DNA of 64,000 bases from positions 99,634,001 through 99,698,000 of the forward strand of contig OX597818.1 of the NCBI GenBank assembly GCA_951406725.2. Reading direction: 5' to 3'. Origin of the DNA: Octopus vulgaris. Its lineage: Eukaryota. This document shows, in pieces, positions 43,276 through 56,691 of the stretch; the stretch's first letter is position 1; each line of letters starts with the position of its first letter. The position numbers and the translations under genes were made by a program. The notes under the pieces were generated by a model, which saw only the letters and a program-made list of their open reading frames with translations, had not been told where the DNA came from and did no database searches.

Positions 43276-43359
43276 CATAACAATAAATATTAGGGAATAA
43301 ATCCAAACTCACAGGGAAAAATCAGATTTAGGATTGAACCCAATTTTATAGTAAAATAT

Positions 43360-43551
43360 TATATTATATTAAATTAGAGGCAAAACCACTATTAGGCAAA
43401 TCAAACAATGAAAGACTTAAGCCAATACATAAATTAATTTATATTATTTAAATATGTAACAATTATTAAAAAAAATATAATTAATTATAATTAAGTCTTT
43501 CATTGTTTGATTTGCCTAATAGTGGTTTTGTCTCTAATTTAATATAATATA
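43360..43551. repeat. 61-bp inverted repeat (1 mismatch) with 70-nt AT-rich spacer
   Basis: Arms 43360-43420 (...ttagaggcaaaaccactattaggcaaatcaaacaatgaaagacttaa) and 43491-43551. Confidence 0.92.
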
Positions 43552-43644
43552 TATATATATTTATATATGATGAGGCTTAATATAGAAAATTATGCAGATA
43601 TGCATATTATTATATATATGCATATGTACATCAATACCTATATA

Positions 43645-44070
43645 GCCGCAGGAGTGACTGTGTGATAGGAACTTTGTTTCTTAACCACATGCTTCCGGGT
43701 TCAGTCCCACTGCGTGGCACCTTGGGCAAGTGTCTTTTGCTATAGCCTCGGGACGACCAAAGCCTTGTGAGATGATTTGTTAGACGGAAACTGAAAGAAG
43801 CCCATTGAGTATATATGTATATATATGTATATATATATATATACACACACACATATATATGTGTGCTTGTGTGTCTATGTTTGTTCTCACACCATTGCTT
43901 GACAACCGATATTGGTATGTTTACATCCCTGTCATCTAGCGGTTCGGCAAAACAGACCGATATAATAAGTACTAAACTTATAAAGAATAAATCATGGGGT
44001 CGATCTGTTCGCCTAAATATGGTGCTCCAGCATGGACGCATTCAAATGTCTGTAAGAACTGAAAGAATAA
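43645..44070 (+). mobile_element. SINE family B, full length
   Basis: gcaggagtgactgtgtg head, gggttcagtccc B-box-like, ccttgggcaagtgtctt, tail ggtgctccagcatgg. Confidence 0.9.
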
Positions 44071-44244
44071 ACGTATAAACGAATATATATATATTTATAT
44101 ATATATATGTATATATATATATAACAACATACATAGATACAAATATACATACACTCATATATATGTGCATAATATACATGCATAATGTCTGTATATATAC
44201 ATACATACATACATATATATATATATATAGATATAAATAAATAA

Positions 44245-44294
<50 letters not shown>

Positions 44295-44859
44295 GTATAC
44301 ATATGTATGTATATGTATTTGATGAGCTCACTCCACAGGTGTTCGGCAAAAACCTCTGTGAAAAAAATCAATCATCGTTATCTGAAATTATAAAATTATA
44401 AGCGTAAAGAACTGTGTTCAGCCATCTACATTATCGTAGTGGGAGAGAGGAGATTCATCTGAATAAGTACTTCAGGAAAACATTTGCCTAGTCTTGTTTT
44501 GCTTAGTTTTGTTACTTTTCTTCAATGAAAAAAGTGGGGGAAATGTGTGTTACGTATGTAAACAAACGTACCAATTGCACACCCGACCACAACCAAGAAA
44601 AGAAAAAGAGAGAAGAATTTAAAAGAAAGCTCAAATCTGCAAGATTTGTTTGTCAAGAGTTCTGAAGGTTATGCTTTACATCGTAAAACATAATATATCA
44701 ATTATATTACATTTATGTAAAATATGAAGTGTGTATGAAATATGTATTCCTCACATAGACACACACACAGACACACACACACACACACACCACGCGTATA
44801 TCTGTATATATGTACATACACACAATACATGATTACATGCATATATATATATACATATA

Positions 44860-45075
44860 TTCTTTTCTATTCGAGGTCCAAGGCCCGAAATTTTGGTCGA
44901 GGGGTCCAGTCGATTAGATCGACGCCAGTACGCAACTGGTACTTAATTTATCGACCCCAAAAGGATGAAAGGCAAAGTCGACCTTGGCGGAATTTGAATT
45001 CAGAAAGTAAAAACAGATGAAATACCGCTAAGCATTTTGCCCGGTGTGCTAACGCGTCTGCCAGCTCGCTGCCTT
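44860..45075 (-). mobile_element. SINE family C (short-tail form), well preserved
   Basis: tcgaccccaaaaggatgaaaggcaaagtcgaccttggcggaatttgaattcag...ctgccagctcgctgcctt. Confidence 0.92.
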
Positions 45076-45500
45076 ATATTGCTCTGGCTTGCTTCTGCGA
45101 GTTGTACGGTGGGGCACCGCCTTTAGTGTTGCTGGCTTTTATTTCACACTTGGTTGCCGGCTTTCTTTCGAGAAAAGTTTCTGATAAATTACCGAACGAG
45201 AAATGAGTGCACCTCGGTGTGTTTCCTGTAGCGATGTTGGTTCATCTGGTACCGCAGATAAAAATTTGTTCAAATGTTTTTGGAAAACACCTAAATCTAC
45301 ATATCGAAGATATGTGAGGCTGTTTTGGGAGAGTTTTTAAAATTTATGGGTCTTCGAAACAAGGTGTTACAGTACAGTCCCTTAATCTGGAATTAAGACA
45401 GCAGAGAGGCTCGTTCGTACACTGCACTGGCGTAGTTTGGTGGTTTGTATAGCTTTCACTTCCAAAGATTGGAGCTAGATCTTCACGCGGTTCTTGTATC
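45076..45500 (-). mobile_element. Decayed LINE 3' end (CR1/L2-group-like ORF2 C-terminus and 3'UTR)
   Basis: Minus strand encodes DLGVFQKHLNKFLSAVPDEPTS (FK..LDKFL..IPD[EQ]P-type LINE C-terminal motif) and upstream LAPIFGSESYTNH; frameshifted. Confidence 0.7.
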
Positions 45501-46382
45501 ACAAGGACGAAAAATACATTGTACAACATATTTGAAACATTAATAAGCTGGAATGACAGGTAAACCATTTAATAAAATGTCATTCTTTCTCCATTTTCCT
45601 GTGTAAAGCGCGCCTTGTCTTAAACCTACACTAATATTTTGACAGAAAAACCGACATATGGTAATATTTTTATGTAAAAGCATAATTTTGCATATTCATT
45701 TCCATATATATATATGTATATATATGGATGTGTGTATGTATGAAAGTATGTATACGCACACACACACACACATATATATGTATATATACATACAAAGAGA
45801 TATAATAATAGAAATATTTACCTCTTATGTTAATATGCAAATCTTATTTCATATAAATACATCTGTGATCTATTGTAGAAAAACGTTATCACCATCAGTT
45901 CTAACAATCGCCAAGGAACTTCGTAAGTCTCTACGGCGCTTCTACAATTCTCCCAAGAAGTTAAGGGCTCATGGCATGGCACAGCATATAGATATACACA
46001 CATGTTTGTATGCATATGTGTATGTTTGTGTGTATGTCTGTATATATACGAAAGCTTGAAAATGGCCAATTGATTATTACGTTGAAGATGGTGATAATAG
46101 TGGAACAACTACTATAATACGCCTTATTATAAATCACCAATAACAGAAATATTGATAAATGAAAAAAAATGGATAAAAATGCCTCAATATGAAGCAATTT
46201 GATCTGTACTAGTGACCTAGTAAGACATTTGAACTTTTAACCTCGGACTAAACTTTGGAATTTCATCTTAGAATTACATGCAGGAAGTACAATCTTAGCC
46301 AAATCCGAAATCGAAACTCATAGATGGTTGCCTGCCAAATATCATGTAAGGACCTTAACATTCCATCGTCAGAAATTACACG

Positions 46383-46413
<31 letters not shown>

Positions 46414-46634
46414 GTGGCTATATTATAAAGACACACGTAAAATGTCCAAATATGTAAACACACGTACACTCGTTGACACGCACACATATGCATACATAAA
46501 AATATGTGTATATATATATATGTATGTGTTTGTGTGAATATATATGCTCATATGCTCACATTCGCTCACGCACACAGATATATGCATACATGAAAATATG
46601 TGTGTGTGTGTGTGTATGTGTTTGTGTGTGTGTG

Positions 46635-46664
<30 letters not shown>

Positions 46665-46665
<1 letters not shown>

Positions 46666-46850
46666 TAGCAATGCACCCCGGCGTTGCCCGGGAGTTATGA
46701 CGTACAACCACAGTGTATTATTTGTTCTTTTGCTCTGGACAAAATCGGCACACGAGAAGTATGAAGCAAACAACTCTTCTTTATAAACATGTTTTTCGGT
46801 CATTTTCTGATGAACAACATTGCATTTTCCGTGTACCAAATTCTGTGGTT
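46665..46850 (-). mobile_element. Helitron 3' terminus
   Basis: Minus strand: hairpin cccgggcaacgccggg, 8 nt, CTAG|T; same geometry as the 19960 end; upstream TEKHVYKEEL weakly resembles the NVVYKEVL-type end of RepHel helicases. Confidence 0.72.
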
Positions 46851-46860
46851 GGTCTAGGAC

Positions 46861-46965
46861 GATAGTGGAGAAAGCACTTGCCCAAGGTACCATGCAGAAG
46901 GATTGAACGTGGAACCATGTGGTTGGGAAGCAAACTTCTCAGCCGCACAGTCGTTCTTGCACCTA
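46861..46965 (-). mobile_element. SINE family B head fragment, diverged
   Basis: cacttgcccaaggtaccatgcag...ggaaccatgtggttgggaagcaaactt. Confidence 0.75.
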
Positions 46966-47699
46966 ATTATGCGTGTGTGCTTACATTTGTTGTTAAATCG
47001 AGTATTGTGTCTGTCTTAAAGTTACCAGTTCATCAAGCAGAGATCGATAAAATATACTAGATTGAAATGTGTACTGAGACCAGCATGAGAAATTAAATTT
47101 TTGAAGGTGATACCCCATCATGGCGACAGTCGAATGACCAAAGCCAGTAAAATAATGTTTAAAGATTTAATGGCTTCAAATTTAAGGCAATGGTGTACTA
47201 ACAACAAGATAATGAGTTCAATACTTCGTATTGAACTTCTATTCTATACGATAACACTATATGTGCATTTCAGTTTACTTGATTTCCAACAATTAACATT
47301 TGTAATTTCAAATTGAATGGTTAGCAGGAAGAAAGATGGCCAGATTTCTTTAACAATTATTGTGCAAAATACTCTGAGGAAAATTATTTTTATCACCACT
47401 ACAAAACACACACACACACAGACACGCGCACACACACAGAAGTGTCTTGTGGTAACTTGAGCTGCAACAAATAGCGGCCAAATCTCTCTTAAAACAAACC
47501 CTTTCATCAAAAGAAAGACAAAGATTCAAAGTATTTCAGCGAAAAAACAAAACAAAACAAACTATGCGATGGATTTGCTACATCAGAGGAAACTCTGGGC
47601 TAAACAAGACACAGATACATATACTTCACATTAAAAGATTATTCACTAAATAATACTAATAAAGTCTCATTACTTGGTAAAATTTCATGTATTTTAAGA

Positions 47700-47819
47700 T
47701 TGTTCTGGCAGAGTTGGCTCCCTTAGCTACAGCCGTAAAAACTGTGCGACCCAACCTCGTTTTCGATACCATAAGGAACATACGCACGCACAAACACACT
47801 TTACTTTATTATATATATA
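47700..47819 (-). mobile_element. Possible Helitron 5' terminal fragment
   Basis: Minus strand reads tatatatataataaagtaaagtgtgtttgtgcgtgcgtatg, resembling the 5' end at 19195; terminal TC not preserved. Confidence 0.4.
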
Positions 47820-47865
47820 CTCATATACGTATATATACATATCTATCTATAAAAGGCATAATATA

Positions 47866-47934
<69 letters not shown>

Positions 47935-47938
47935 TTAT

Positions 47939-47984
<46 letters not shown>

Positions 47985-48094
47985 CTATATAAATTTATAT
48001 GTGAGTATGTATGTCAACACACGTACATACACGCAAATAAACATATACATTCATCTAAGTGCGTGCGTATATATTCTAGATTTGAAATCTACAC

Positions 48095-48148
<54 letters not shown>

Positions 48149-49556
48149 GCAAGCACACATATATGCATGTATGCAAATTTGAAATTTAGTGCACTGTGCT
48201 TGTTTGAAAGCTATTGATTACTTTTTCAAAGACAGTTTCGTGCTCGCAGACATATACTTTCTCTTTCATACTATCCAGGTTTTACTTTTCCTGCTTACAA
48301 GCCGTACATGTCAGCTTTTTCTCTCATAGGAACAAGTTAATAAGATGCGAATATATTTCGCTGTTCTTTCTCTATACACACATACACACAGGCAAATGAA
48401 TCGCAGTACTGACTATACGTCTATAGACACACACACACACACACGTGCGTGTGCGCGCACACACGCACACATACACATTTATGAATATCTATGTGTGTGT
48501 TCAAATACGTGTTTATGTATCTGTGAATAGATTATATACATATTCACGTATATACATACATACATATATATATATGTATGTATGTATGTTGGTATATATA
48601 TATATATATATATATGTATATGTTTAGGACTATGTATATACATATTTACATACATACACACACATAAATATGTATGCATGTGTACACATACAACTTTATA
48701 TATACTTAGATACATATATATATATACATATATAAATATATATGTATATACATACATATATATGTATGTGTATAGATGAACACATACATACCTATATATA
48801 TATATCTATACATACATGCACAAAGAACAAAACCTATAAACGTATACTTATACGTATAGTTAGAAAGAAGATAGGAATGAGTTTTAGTGAGAGGTAGAGA
48901 GAAAGAGAGAGGGAGAGATAGATGGGGAGGGAGAAAGAATGAAGTGGAGATTAAGCTAGACAATTGCAATCTGGAATTAAGACAGGAGATTAAACAATAA
49001 CAACAAGCAATCAAACGAAACAAACAACAACAGCAACAAATACAGGAACCACATTAAAAGTCTTAAAAATGCTTCAGCAACAAACATACAACACCGTCAA
49101 GAAAAACCTAAAATTAACAAACACACAAAGAAGTATAAAAGAAAAAAAAATGGAGGCACATTTCAAGAAAAAAATACGATGCTGAAGATGAGAAACGTTG
49201 CTTAGAACACCAGTAGAAAGAAATGCCAGAGAATGTGAGATGAAAACAGTCACTATAAGAACATCAACAAATGTTGAGATTAGTAACAATAACAACAGCA
49301 ACAATGATATGGAAATTTGCATTAACGAACGCCAAATAATAAATAAATAAATGACTGAATGAATGAATAAATAAAAATATTGAACAAAACTGTAATTTGA
49401 AACCATCCACCTCACCCACCGAGAGATACAATGGAGAAAGTACATAACAATGGCAACAAATTAAGCAAGAGCGATAACAAGGAAAAGCAATAGTAAAATT
49501 AAGAACAAGCGAATAAAGTGGGTCTTGTGAATAAGAACACCAAATAATAATTAACG

Positions 49557-50477
49557 AAGGCGGCGAGCTGGCAGAATCATTAGCCCCCACCCTCCCGGCA
49601 AAATGTTTAGCGTCCGTCTTTACGTTCTGAGTTCAAATTCTGCAGAGGTCGTATTTACCATTTATCCTTTCATGGTCGATTAAATTAACTAGCAGTTGAG
49701 CACTGCAATCGATGTAATCGCCTAATCTCCTTTCCCGGCAAAATTTCAGGCATTGCGCCTATAATAGAAAGGATGATCTCTACTATAGACACAAGGTTTC
49801 ATATTTTGAGGGACGGGGCTAGACGATTACATCAGCTCAAGCTCATAACTATTAGTTTATTTTACTGATCCAGAAAGAATGCAAAGCAAATTGATCTTGA
49901 CGGAATTTGAACTCAAAACGTTGAGTCGAAAGATACGTCTCTACGCATGGTATCTAAAGTGCCGGTGTCACTTCTAGTACACTGTCTTAGAATGGTTTCA
50001 AATTTTTTTCACAAAGTCCGCAATTTTTATTGAAGCGTTAATTCAATTATATTGAAGTCAAAACTTCACTAGTATATTATTTGATCAACCTCGAAAGGAT
50101 AAAAGGTAACGTTGACCTATATAACATTTGAACCCAGAACTTAGAGATCTAGAAAAAAATACTGCTATGCACTTTGCCCGGTATGCAGGCAGTTCTGCGA
50201 GCTCTCTGCTTTATAATGATTTCAAATTTTTGAACAAGGCTGGTAATATTCTTTGCACAAGGCTCGTAATATTCTATGCACAAGGCCCGACATCTTTGGG
50301 GAGGGAGGCCAGTCGATTAGATCGACCCCAGTACGCAACGAGTACTTAATTTATCGACCCCGAAAGGATGAAAGGCAAAGTCGACCTCGGCGGAATTTGA
50401 ACTACGAACGTATCGACGAGCGAAATACCGATAAGCATTTCGTCCAGTGTGCTAACGATTCTGCCAGCTCGCCGCTT
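49557..50477. mobile_element. Cluster of four SINE family C copies (49557-49772 plus; about 49778-49985, 49995-50210, 50277-50477 minus)
   Basis: Repeated family C blocks of differing divergence; the last copy is near-consensus and abuts (AAT)n at 50478-50562. Confidence 0.82.
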
Positions 50478-50491
50478 CAATAATAATAATG

Positions 50492-50562
<71 letters not shown>

Positions 50563-50563
<1 letters not shown>

Positions 50564-51184
50564 CCTTAGATTTACCCAAAATTAGTACAAGTTGTGGTGA
50601 CACGACCAGGTAGCAAAAGTGCTACATTGGAAACTGTATGAAAAGTAGAGGCTAGAGAGAGTCAAGACGTGATATGAACACAAGTCACAGAGAGTGGCAG
50701 AATCGGAGACTAGCAAAATCCTCTAGGATTTCCCAATCCAGATAGATCAGGTGCTAGAGCATAACAGACTGGATCTATTGGTGGTGAACAAAGTGCACCA
50801 CATATACTACATAGTTGATGTTGTATGCCCCTTTGACCCACGATTAGTCAAGAAGGAAGATGTAAAGAGAAATAGATACAATTCTCTTAAGTACGAAATA
50901 GCCCGCTTATGGAAAATGAAGAAGGTGAAGATAGTGCCAATTATTGTTGAGTTCTTGGGAACAGTATCAGAAGGCATCAAGAAGAATATATAGGAAATTG
51001 TAATAGAGTGCCCAGTGAGAACTGTTACAAAAAGTTTGCGTCCTTGGCACGGCCAGAAGAATCAAGAAAGTACTAGATAACTGTAAAGAACGAATAGCAT
51101 AGTACCTTAGGCTGCAGGTAGCAAGCCCGCTACGCCTGAAAGACTCCAGGAGCTCCAACAAAACCTGTGATAAAGAAAAAATAA
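50563..51184 (+). mobile_element. 5'-truncated, decayed RLE-type LINE (R4/Dong-like): endonuclease domain and 3'UTR
   Basis: Reads *HDQVAKVLHWKL...IL*DFPIQIDQVLEHNRLDLLVV...IVDVVCPFD...KRNRY...LWKMKKVKIVPIIVEFLG...LLQKVCVLGTARRIKKVL, matching the RHD, WDF.IQ.D..HNRPD, D and K..KY motifs of restriction-like endonucleases; several stops and a frameshift. Confidence 0.88.
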
Positions 51185-51186
51185 GC

Positions 51187-51365
51187 TTTCTACGATGGGC
51201 ATAAGGCCTGCAATTTGGTGGAGGAGGCTGGTCGATTACATCGACCTCAGTACCCAACTGGTACTTATTATATCGGCTTCGAAAGGCACTTGAAATCAGA
51301 GCGTAAAGACGGCGGTGCTCCAGTATGGCCAGTCAAATGACTGAAACAAGTAAAGGAGTAAAAGA
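51187..51365. mobile_element. SINE C fragment (minus) joined to a SINE B 3' tail (plus, 51311-51365)
   Basis: ggtcgattacatcgacctcagtacccaactggtactt then ggcggtgctccagtatggccagtcaaatgactgaaacaagtaaa. Confidence 0.72.
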
Positions 51366-51569
51366 GTGTCCCTCCATTTTGTTTCTTTGCTCTTCTACTC
51401 TCTCTCTCTTCCATCCCTCTTTCTCTCTTCCATCTCTTTCTCTCTATTTCTCTATCTCAACGCATGCGCACATGCAAGGGAATCAACAGAAACATTATCA
51501 CCACAAGAAAGAAACTATAAATTTCGCTTTTAACAGATCTGATCATCACTTATTTTCGGTTACTTGAAT

Positions 51570-51780
51570 TTGTCATCATCATCATCATCTCCACCACCAC
51601 CATCACCTCTATGATTTGGTCAATTATTATTATTGTTATTGTTGTTGTTGTTATTATTATTATTGTTATGACTATTATTATTATTATTAATATTATTATT
51701 ATTATTATTATTATTGGTGCTGTTGCTAGCGGTGGTCGTATTTCGACCAGCTCCATTATGATCATCATCATCATTAACAT

Positions 51781-51815
<35 letters not shown>

Positions 51816-51900
51816 TTACTAATTTTTGCTGCTGCTGCTGCTACAATGATTATAATAATAACAATTATTATTATTTGCTATTAATTATTTATTATTTTAA
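51570..51900. repeat. Compound (CAT)n/(ATT)n/(ACT)n microsatellite
   Basis: Direct reading. Confidence 0.9.
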
Positions 51901-52335
51901 ATTAGTGGCTTTTATTTGGCATGACATTTACAAATTCTATGGAAAAATATTAAATTTCATTTCGTTAGAAATTAATTTTCATTAAACCGTTGCTATGAAT
52001 TACTATTTAAAATGGCGATCGTAGAAAGTATAGGAAAAGCAGGCAATGTAGCTGTGCCAGGCTGTTCTGCGCAGGAGGCTGATATGCAGAGTGGGTTGTT
52101 TTTCTAAAATTGATTTAAAGCCTGGTGTATAAATGTTCATATACAGCGTATTATATAGAATAGCTTGGACCTCACTCATTGACATACATATAGGAGCGAG
52201 AGAAGACATTATATTAATGCCTGTGTTTAGGTAATTCAAATTTCTCTCTTATATATTAGTGATTTAAATATTTTTTTTAAAGCCAAATGATGCAACTTAG
52301 AAAATATTGATAATACAGATTGACGGTTAGGAATA

Positions 52336-52374
52336 ATTTCCTGAAGGAGAGTCCTATGCCCGAAATATCGAAAT
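52336..52374 (+). ncRNA. Decayed minimal hammerhead-like motif
   Basis: atttc-CTGAAGG-agagtcctatgccc-GAAAT-ATC-gaaat; 5-bp stem I, palindromic ATAT stem III, A9 and stem II altered. Confidence 0.45.
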
Positions 52375-52585
52375 ACCACGTGACAGCACTCACTATACAT
52401 GTGTATTATTAAATTTGATATCTTGCATTGTTTTCGCTTAAGAGATGCTGAAAGCGCCGCCACTATACATATATGTGTATAAATATGTATATATATATAT
52501 ATATATACATACATATACACACAGAGTGACACGCACACGCACATATATACATATATGTATACACATACACATATATAAATATACC

Positions 52586-52917
52586 GTGGAGGCGCAATGG
52601 CCCGGTGGTTAGTACAGCGGACTCGCGGTCGTACGATCGCGGTTTCGATTCCCAGACCGGGCATTGTGAGTGTTGATTGAGCGAAAAGACCTAAAACTCC
52701 CACGAGGTTCCGGCCTGGGGTGGTGGCGAACCCTGCTTTACTTTTTCACCACAATTTTTGTTTCTTCCTGTTTTTGTTTTCCTGTATTTCAAAGGCCCAG
52801 CCTTGTCACACACTTTGTCACGCTGAATCTCCCCGAGAACTACGTTAAGGGGACTCGTTTCTGTGGAGTGCTCAGCCACTTCCACGTTAATTTCACGAGC
52901 AGGCTGTTCCGTTGATC
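52586..52917 (+). mobile_element. SINE family A, tail type 2, 3'-truncated
   Basis: Collinear with 19342-19729 up to gttccgttgatc. Confidence 0.9.
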
Positions 52918-53317
52918 ACACTATATATTCGTTCTTCACTCGTTTATTTTTGTTCTTATTTTATTCTTATGTCCATTGTCAGGATATTTTTTTTCACACA
53001 TCTGTATCCTCATCAGCGACTCTTACATCCACATCTTTCCTCTTGGTCTGTTTAGTCCATTCTGTCTCTCAGTGATTTGAATCCTTATATGCGCATGCGT
53101 TTGCGTCACACACATCATAGAGAGACTGGAGTAAACAGAACAGGGGGAAACACGTGGATAGAAGATTCTCTAAATAAGTTACAGATGCATGACGAAAGAT
53201 TTCCAGTCAGTAGTCGTCAGATAAAATAAGAACAATAATAAACGAGAGCAGGACGAATACAAACCAATATGACGCAGAGTTAAGCTGTTAGTTAAATTAG
53301 AATATTCGGTTTTTTAT

Positions 53318-54083
<766 letters not shown>

Positions 54084-55384
54084 ATATATATATATAATAT
54101 TTTATTCATTAAATGCAATAAGAACTGTGTTAGAGAAAATATACGCCTAATGGACTAATTACTCTCAGTCATGTTTAATATGCAATGTCTAAATCAGTGT
54201 TGATTTAAAGAAAAAAAAAGGAGAATGAATACCGAAGAGCATTATTGTACGATCATAGACAACGAACATTTTTCGTAGAAAACAATGGAATGAAATCTAT
54301 GCGAAAGAAATTAAGGGGAAAGAAGGTGACGGGTGTGGATCAGCTTAAAGTCCGCCATATGTCATAAAAGCCTACCACGCTATGGCAACTAGTGTTAATA
54401 AATGATACGCGTGGACATAAAGACAAGGAACAGCTCTATATGACGAAGTACTCAAACTGGTTATCCATTTTATTGCTATAAACTTCTCACAGCTGCAACG
54501 TATACGAAAAAAAACATAAAAACTCTAATCTTTTCCCCGTCGGGCATTACTATCCTATGTGTTGTGTCCTTCTTTAGCTATAAATGACCTTGATAATTGG
54601 TGTCAGACATGCATATCATGCGTATATGGAAGTCAGATTCATGGACGTAATAGAAATGTTTTAATGTAGTTGGTACGGAACGTACACACGGTTCATAAAA
54701 TGTATAACCTGTGGCTATGCAGTTCTGACAAGGTCAAACGCTGCATCATGAGTAACTTCATTCCCTCACTGCGGTTACATTAATTTAACTAAAAATAAAT
54801 TCTCCTTTATTTTCCCCAGAAAGACAATAAAAAAGAAATGAATAAATGTTTTGCCGTGAAATAAAAATGATTCACTATCGATTATTTCTAACTACCACGC
54901 CTCCATCTAAAAACAGAAGAATAATATTACGGAAACTTTTTCGGTTGTTTCCGTAGTTTACACGTGAGACTTTAGAAAAAAAAGAAAAATAAATAAAAAA
55001 AAACTGCTGAGGTAAAGTCAAAGTTCAGAGGTTAAGTCTAGAGCTAAGATACATCAATTGAAAAACAAGATCTATTAAAAACACTGACGAAGTAGTTTAT
55101 CGCGGCCATTAGTACTGTAGATGTATCATCATTCATGAGATCGTTTAACTTCATCCTCTTGGCAACGCTGAGATCAACAACAATGATATATGTGTGTGTA
55201 CATACGTACATACATACATACATACATACATACACATACATACATTTACACACACACACATATAAAGGTGTATATATACATATATGCATATGAATGCGGG
55301 CATATCTGTATGCATGTATATTCGTGTACTCTTATGCATATATATATACACATTTATTTATACTATTCATTTTACAGATATATT

Positions 55385-55387
55385 CAA

Positions 55388-55449
<62 letters not shown>

Positions 55450-55490
55450 CCTACCTACCTACCTACCTACCTACCTACCTACCTACCTAC

Positions 55491-55585
<95 letters not shown>
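55385..55585. repeat. Graded (CTAT)n-(CTAC)n-(CTAT)n-(CTGT)n tetranucleotide microsatellite
   Basis: Direct reading. Confidence 0.96.
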
Positions 55586-55586
<1 letters not shown>

Positions 55587-56172
55587 GAGTCAGCGAGTCT
55601 GTCTGCCTGTGGGTCTGTATACCAAACAGTTATTAAATAAATATGCGTGATAAAACTATTGATTTGATAAAGAGACAGAATTGTATATTTTTCAGCAATT
55701 TATATTTAACTGCGTGCGTCTTGTGATCAAATGTTGCTTACGTTATCTTACTTTTAAAGTCTGGTATGTTCTAAGTTCATATCGAGTCATAGTTAACAGT
55801 ACCTTTAATTGTTTCTTGGTCGATAGATTATTGTATCACTGAAGCATTGGGATAAACGTATTTTCGTATGATGCATCATAGATGTGAAAGAGAAATTATA
55901 ACAGAAGGTTAATAGTGGGTCGAACTAATAATAAAACTCATTAATATACAGAGACTAACTCAAACAAAGCTGACCTAATATAATACCCTTAAACTAAATG
56001 AAAATCTTAGAGTCACAAAAGAGACCAAGATCAGAGCTTCTGGACATGACCGTCACGTCATAGTTGTAGACATTGTGTCGAAACTGATTTTCTTTTTCTA
56101 AGCACAAGATCATGATTGGAGGAAGAATTGGCTTTTATTTCAAACAAATTGAACACTGGTCTCGCTCTCTCC

Positions 56173-56218
<46 letters not shown>

Positions 56219-56615
56219 GTTGTATATGTATATATACACACATACACATGTATGTATGTATAATGCACACACATACACAAACACACACATGTTTATATGT
56301 ATATACATACATGCGTAGACAAACTCTCTCTATCACATACATATATTATTTAGTAGTTATGTTGTCAAAATTTACATTAGATTAGATGTATAATCTATCA
56401 TTTGGAACTTCAAATTTAAAGTTTCCTATTTGAAGTTGTATGGCTATCTCAGTGTTATATATAACTGGTGTTGAGTTTGGACGATCATTCATTATGACAG
56501 AATTCACAGACATATTTATCAAGTTCTATGCTCTATGCCTAGCTATATAAACTTGGACTGTTTGGCGTTATAACTCTGCCATTTTGACACGATTTGTGTA
56601 TGAGAGGGAAAGAGC

Positions 56616-56691
<76 letters not shown>

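Noticed and set aside
49182-49200. CTGAAGA-TGA-GAAAC-GTT hammerhead-like string
   Set aside because: No stem II and no stem I pairing; treated as chance.
50231-50288. 23-bp tandem repeat gcacaaggctcgtaatattct(a/t)t
   Set aside because: Local slippage of a SINE C tail; no independent significance.
52975-53020. Minus-strand CTGATGA followed by a GGATA/TATCC stem
   Set aside because: No GAAA box after the stem; similar incomplete strings near 2474, 12828, 13912, 44320 and 55084 were also dropped.
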